A model generated the notes under the pieces. That model searched no databases and was not told the DNA's origin. It saw only the letters and a list, made by a program, of their open reading frames with translations. The translations under genes and the position numbers were made by a program. From contig JALVPN010000179.1 of assembly GCA_027031765.1 (NCBI GenBank), positions 1-10,073 of the forward strand: DNA of 10,073 bases. The letters are read 5' to 3'. Shown piece by piece: positions 6,171 to 10,073 of the stretch. Within the stretch, counting starts at the first letter, position 1; each line of letters opens with the position of its first letter. This DNA is from Promethearchaeota archaeon (lineage in GTDB: Archaea > Asgardarchaeota > Thorarchaeia > Thorarchaeales > Thorarchaeaceae).

Positions 6171-8753
6171 CGTGTTGCCAGCCCTGACCGTAAGGGTGTC
6201 GCCAGACAGTTCGTACGTCACAAGGCGCAGCAGGCCCGGCCGTTCGGGACGACGCAGGTACACGGCCACAGGGCGTGGCATCACACGGCTGAAAGCCCGG
6301 GCCATCGTGTCGAGCACATGCTCTACAAAGCCATCAAGGTCCGGGTCATGGGTGCCGGACATATCCGTGGCGCCCCCTGCGACCTGTGCAAGACGCCCAT
6401 TCAGGTCGTTGTACATCTCCCTGTACGCGGACTCCATCTCGGCGATGGTCTCGCTCATGACACGGTGCAGGTGTTCGTATACCCGCAGGTCTTTTGATGG
6501 GGTCGGGCGCGGTGGCGGTGGCACTTCATGGCGCAGTGGGAACTCTGACTCCACTGGCGCAAGGTACTCGGACAGGGGCGGCGGGGGAGTAGGTGGTGAC
6601 TCGTCCGGTCTGAGGAGGGCCTGTGCTCTCCTCTGCTCATAGTCAGCAAGCGCAGACTGGTACCGTGCCGTGTCAACCTCATGACGAATCCTTGCATCCG
6701 ACAGTTGCCGTTCGCGCTCCTCATTGTGTTTCCGCACCCGCAAATTCTCGGCCTCGACCTCACGGCACCGCTGCTCCCACGCCGCAACCTGCTGGTCGTA
6801 GTCGGCCTTCAGCGAATGGTATGCCGACGTGATGCGTCCAACTGTGTCGACAGCACGGTGACCACGCACCTTTGAGTGCACGAAGCGCACCAGTTCGATG
6901 AGCACCTGTGAGAGCGGTGCCCCACCCCCAACAGACGACTTGATGCACGATGCGAACTCCCGGAGCCAGTGTCGGGCCTCCTGCTTCCACGCATCATCAC
7001 GCTCCGCGTTCTCAACTGCCCGCTCAAGTGCCGCGAGAGGGCTCAGACCATTCTCACGTGATCTCTGCACAATCCAGTCGATGGTGCGCGTGGAAACGAG
7101 GGAGTCTGCAAGATCGGGCACTATCTCGCTCACCGTCCTCACTGTATAGTCCAAGAGCTTCATGGCCGCCACGTCCTCTGGCGACGGACTGTCAGACCCA
7201 TCAGCAGGTGCTTGGAGGCGGGCCCCGACAAGCTCGTGGAGGTCCTGCGGGCCGACCATGTCCCAGATACTGCCCCGGCCGACCCTATCGACCATCTCCC
7301 GTGCCACATGGGCCGCTGCAGACGCGGGGCTCTCGTGGGAAACACCTGTATAGGACATCTGGTCAAAGATTGCATTGAGCTGGGCATACGCGTCCCGCGT
7401 GTACCTCTCAAGGACAAGGCGGGCTGCTGGTGTGAGCTCGCGGGACTCCTCAGTTTCTGCAAAGTCGCGTATGACGGACAGGCACAGATGTCGTGCAGAG
7501 TGTATGAACACATATTGGGCGAGGCGGCCAATCAGGTACTCGCTGACGCGCCGGGCATACGCGACAAAGTAGTGGAGTGTGGCCTTGAGCCTCCAGGCGC
7601 GGATCTCGACACCTGTCCCGAACTCGCGCTTGAGGGCTGCTGTCGCCTGCTGGACGAGGGACGTGAACATGGGACGACGGGGGCCCCTGAACCGTTCGGG
7701 GTACATGTCCATGAACTCAAGTAGGGCCTGATGGTGGCCGTCAAGTGAAAGAACCTCTCCAGACCGTACGTGGGCCTCCACCGCGTCCGCCAGCGCACCG
7801 ACCACCTCCTCCAGCGTGTCACCGAAGGTGTGGGCAGCACTGGTCAGCCGGCCACGTTCGTGCAGTGGCGTACCCGCACTGGCAAGCTGCTGTTGGAGCA
7901 GCTCGACCACGGTCCGCAAGATGTCGGCCTCCTCAATACTATACGCGTAGACGTTCAGCTCTCCAATGACTGCACGGCCGAGCTCCGGGACTCGATATAC
8001 CAACGTGTGGAGACCGGTCGGTGTGAGGACCATGCCCCGCAGGAGTCCCAAGGCCGACTCCTCATCACCAGCAGGTGGGAGCGAGAACTCGACCGACTCG
8101 ACCGCCCCCTGTGGGAGGACTGCAGCAGGCAGTGTCGTGAAGTCGGGCGTGGCCGGTACCATCACTTCCGTGTCTGGCGGGACGTCCGCCGAACGGATGT
8201 GCAGCGAGTCCCACGAGCCCTGGAACTGGCGGTCCACCATGTCCACGAATAGGACGCTGTTCAGCCGGTCGTTGAACCTCTGGAGGACGCGCAACCCCTG
8301 TGACTCATAGTCGAGTCCATTGTTCACCGTGGCCTGCTCGATGTCCGCGAGCTTCTTGGCGAGTGTGTGGATGTACTCGTCAATCTTGAACGGGTCGACC
8401 AGCCCACGCTCCCAGCTCACCACCGAAACGTGTACGTGTACGTCGCCAGACCGACCGCCAGCGACCACGAGCTGTTCTGGCAGCACCTCTGAGCTAGAGG
8501 CCCTGTCAAGGTCCCAGATTATGGCAAGGATCTCGTAGCCATCTCGCTCCCTGATGCTCTTGCGCACCTCTGACACAAGAGGTGTAACGCCCATCGCCAC
8601 GGAGCTCGAGTTGTGTTCCATCATCGTGCCGCATCCCAGGGCGCTCCCAATGGGATGCCCCTTGCTGGTGGTGGTGCCCAAGATAGCGGCGGATGCCATC
8701 TGGATGGCCTCAACTGTGCTCGGTGTGTCACCCCTAGACTTGCCTGCAGCCAT
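6159..8753 (-). CDS. Large uncharacterised protein (~810-890 aa) with a long heptad helix and polyproline tract
   Basis: 2.6 kb ORF, no family recognised. The stop is firm but the start is uncertain. ATG 8753 has SD-like GTGAGGA 8 nt upstream and GC-rich third positions downstream of it; alternatives are GTG 8831, ATG 8699 and ATG 8594 (MGVTPL, where clearly globular sequence begins). Confidence 0.8.
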   Translation of the reverse strand: MAAGKSRGDTPSTVEAIQMASAAILGTTTSKGHPIGSALGCGTMMEHNSSSVAMGVTPLVSEVRKSIRERDGYEILAIIWDLDRASSSEVLPEQLVVAGGRSGDVHVHVSVVSWERGLVDPFKIDEYIHTLAKKLADIEQATVNNGLDYESQGLRVLQRFNDRLNSVLFVDMVDRQFQGSWDSLHIRSADVPPDTEVMVPATPDFTTLPAAVLPQGAVESVEFSLPPAGDEESALGLLRGMVLTPTGLHTLVYRVPELGRAVIGELNVYAYSIEEADILRTVVELLQQQLASAGTPLHERGRLTSAAHTFGDTLEEVVGALADAVEAHVRSGEVLSLDGHHQALLEFMDMYPERFRGPRRPMFTSLVQQATAALKREFGTGVEIRAWRLKATLHYFVAYARRVSEYLIGRLAQYVFIHSARHLCLSVIRDFAETEESRELTPAARLVLERYTRDAYAQLNAIFDQMSYTGVSHESPASAAAHVAREMVDRVGRGSIWDMVGPQDLHELVGARLQAPADGSDSPSPEDVAAMKLLDYTVRTVSEIVPDLADSLVSTRTIDWIVQRSRENGLSPLAALERAVENAERDDAWKQEARHWLREFASCIKSSVGGGAPLSQVLIELVRFVHSKVRGHRAVDTVGRITSAYHSLKADYDQQVAAWEQRCREVEAENLRVRKHNEERERQLSDARIRHEVDTARYQSALADYEQRRAQALLRPDESPPTPPPPLSEYLAPVESEFPLRHEVPPPPRPTPSKDLRVYEHLHRVMSETIAEMESAYREMYNDLNGRLAQVAGGATDMSGTHDPDLDGFVEHVLDTMARAFSRVMPRPVAVYLRRPERPGLLRLVTYELSGDTLTVRAGNTEVG

Positions 8754-8840
8754 TGTGCGGATCCTCACGGGCGATGGTCTGTGGACAACGGGACAGACTG
8801 TCACCGTCCAATATGGCGGCCTAATGTGCACCGTTTCTTT

Positions 8841-9815
8841 TCAATATAGCTGAGAGAAGTCCCCGTCGCCACTGATTGGTGACCACACTCCATCAAGGTC
8901 ATGGGTCACCAGGCCTGCCATTTTGAGGAAGTGCAGTGATACCTCCACAGTTGTTGGTAGGAGGCACTCCAGGCATGTCGGGTGGGGGACACTCCCTGAC
9001 TCACGGATGTCGTGTACGACCTGCTCGGTGCTCGCATGCTTCCTAGCGACGACATGGTTGAGGACAGCGTCCTCGAATGCCAGCAGGGCGTCGGAGGCCT
9101 GTTCGAGAGCAAGACGGGCCTTGTCACCGAGCCAGGCCACATCGTGTGCAGGCAGCAGGTACTCGACGTCCAGCTTGGAGAGCTCGTCAAGGGCTTCCAG
9201 CCGGGCCGGTATGCTGCCAGACAGGTCAAAGTAGAAGAGCTCGGGTCGGTTCGGAAACCCCACCACTTCATCCCCCGCGAGGAGGATGCCTGCTTCCTCC
9301 TCATAGAACACACAGTGACCGGCCGAGTGGCCGCCCGTGTGGATCACGGTCAGACGCATGTCGCCGAGGTTGATCAGTGCTTGGTCTTCAAGCGTCCCGT
9401 CAGGGACCACACTGGGAAACCTCACGCTGAACGGGCCCTTTGAGAGGTACAGGCCGACCTGTTCTAGTAGGCCCGTACGCAGGCGGGACTTGAAAGATGC
9501 CGGGTCTGAGAGGAGCATGGCATCGCGTTCGTGTACCATCACTGTTGCGGATGTCACACTCTTCACCTGCGCGACGCCACCCACATGGTCAGGATGACCA
9601 TGGGTACACAGGATGAACCTGACATCCTCGGCGGGCTCGTAGCCGACCTCGCGGATGGCATCGACTATCGCGGGCCCGGGGTCGTTGTGCAGCCCCGGGT
9701 CAACAACCGCAACACCCTCGGCCCCTGCCACAACATAGGAGGTGAGATACCCCATCTCTTCGTAATACTGCCCTCTCACTGCATAAACAGAGGGCGCCAC
9801 CTCTGTCACAGCCAT
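8841..9815 (-). CDS. MBL-fold metallo-hydrolase (glyoxalase II/LACTB2-like) with a probable C-terminal helical/winged-helix extension, ~324 aa
   Basis: Motifs VVDPG, HGHPDH (HxHxDH, 9585-9602), TGGHSAGH, AGDEV and LLPAH. Start at ATG 9815 (MAVTEVAPSVYAV) gives the typical MBL N-terminus and lies ~28 nt below a TATA box. Confidence 0.92.
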   Translation of the reverse strand: MAVTEVAPSVYAVRGQYYEEMGYLTSYVVAGAEGVAVVDPGLHNDPGPAIVDAIREVGYEPAEDVRFILCTHGHPDHVGGVAQVKSVTSATVMVHERDAMLLSDPASFKSRLRTGLLEQVGLYLSKGPFSVRFPSVVPDGTLEDQALINLGDMRLTVIHTGGHSAGHCVFYEEEAGILLAGDEVVGFPNRPELFYFDLSGSIPARLEALDELSKLDVEYLLPAHDVAWLGDKARLALEQASDALLAFEDAVLNHVVARKHASTEQVVHDIRESGSVPHPTCLECLLPTTVEVSLHFLKMAGLVTHDLDGVWSPISGDGDFSQLY

Positions 9816-9839
9816 TGCAAGGAACGTCCTACCGCCCGG

Positions 9840-9846
9840 CTTAATA
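9840..9846 (-). promoter_or_regulatory. TATA box (TATTAAG) for the MBL gene, probably leaderless transcript
   Basis: The only AT-rich box in the region, centred ~28 nt upstream of ATG 9815. No SD before the ATG. Confidence 0.6.
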
Positions 9847-10073
9847 CAGTATCGATGGACTCCTGTGGAGGCGCGGCGGACGCACCTGCAGTAGGGTGGG
9901 GGACTCACGCAGGACGGCACAACGTAGAGGGTACAGTGCCCGGGCGCCATATCTGGGGCCTCTCTGGCGCCGTCACACCAGCAACGTGGAGGGGGTACTT
10001 CCAGACGGACACACCCGGGCTGGTGCGGGGGGTCGTGGTGGTTCGTGAAGCACCGGAGGGCTTGCGCCCTGGC

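Noticed and set aside
8590-8625. ATGA-containing segment examined as a SECIS candidate for the in-frame TGA
   Set aside because: The required helix and GA partner do not pair.
10057-10070. Minus-strand AGGGC-GCAA-GCCCT GNRA hairpin, plus a 7-bp inverted repeat at 9943-9971
   Set aside because: The stems are too short, with no tRNA, rRNA, RNase P or SRP signature; context is truncated by the window edge.
9816-10073. The MBL reading frame stays open to the window edge (ORF-track start 9950)
   Set aside because: The translation is Cys/Pro-rich and not domain-like, and a TATA box at leaderless spacing supports the 9815 start.
1-10073. CRISPR arrays, IS elements, tRNA/rRNA genes
   Set aside because: No repeat-spacer periodicity, transposase motifs, terminal inverted repeats or cloverleaf signatures were seen.

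Overview
GC-rich, archaeal-type window: BRE/TATA promoters, GGTGA-type Shine-Dalgarno sites and two apparently leaderless genes. An Asgard/Thorarchaeia-like or other H4MPT-using archaeon is plausible, but that is inference. There are six genes. (1-2) A translationally coupled minus-strand pair of paralogues, each an N-terminal DapA/DHDPS-family class I aldolase fused to a C-terminal formaldehyde-activating-enzyme (Fae) domain. Only the downstream copy keeps the Fae catalytic His, and both lack the DHDPS substrate-binding Arg. (3) A divergent cutA. (4-5) Two large, coupled, mostly helical uncharacterised proteins; one has a CxxC-x8-CxxH Zn-finger motif, the other an aromatic/Asn heptad helix followed by a polyproline tract. 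(6) An MBL-fold hydrolase in the same reading frame as the next gene, separated by one TGA. The best candidate for an undescribed system is the tandem aldolase-Fae pair, a putative formaldehyde-channelling aldolase. All comparisons with known proteins are from memory, with no database search.
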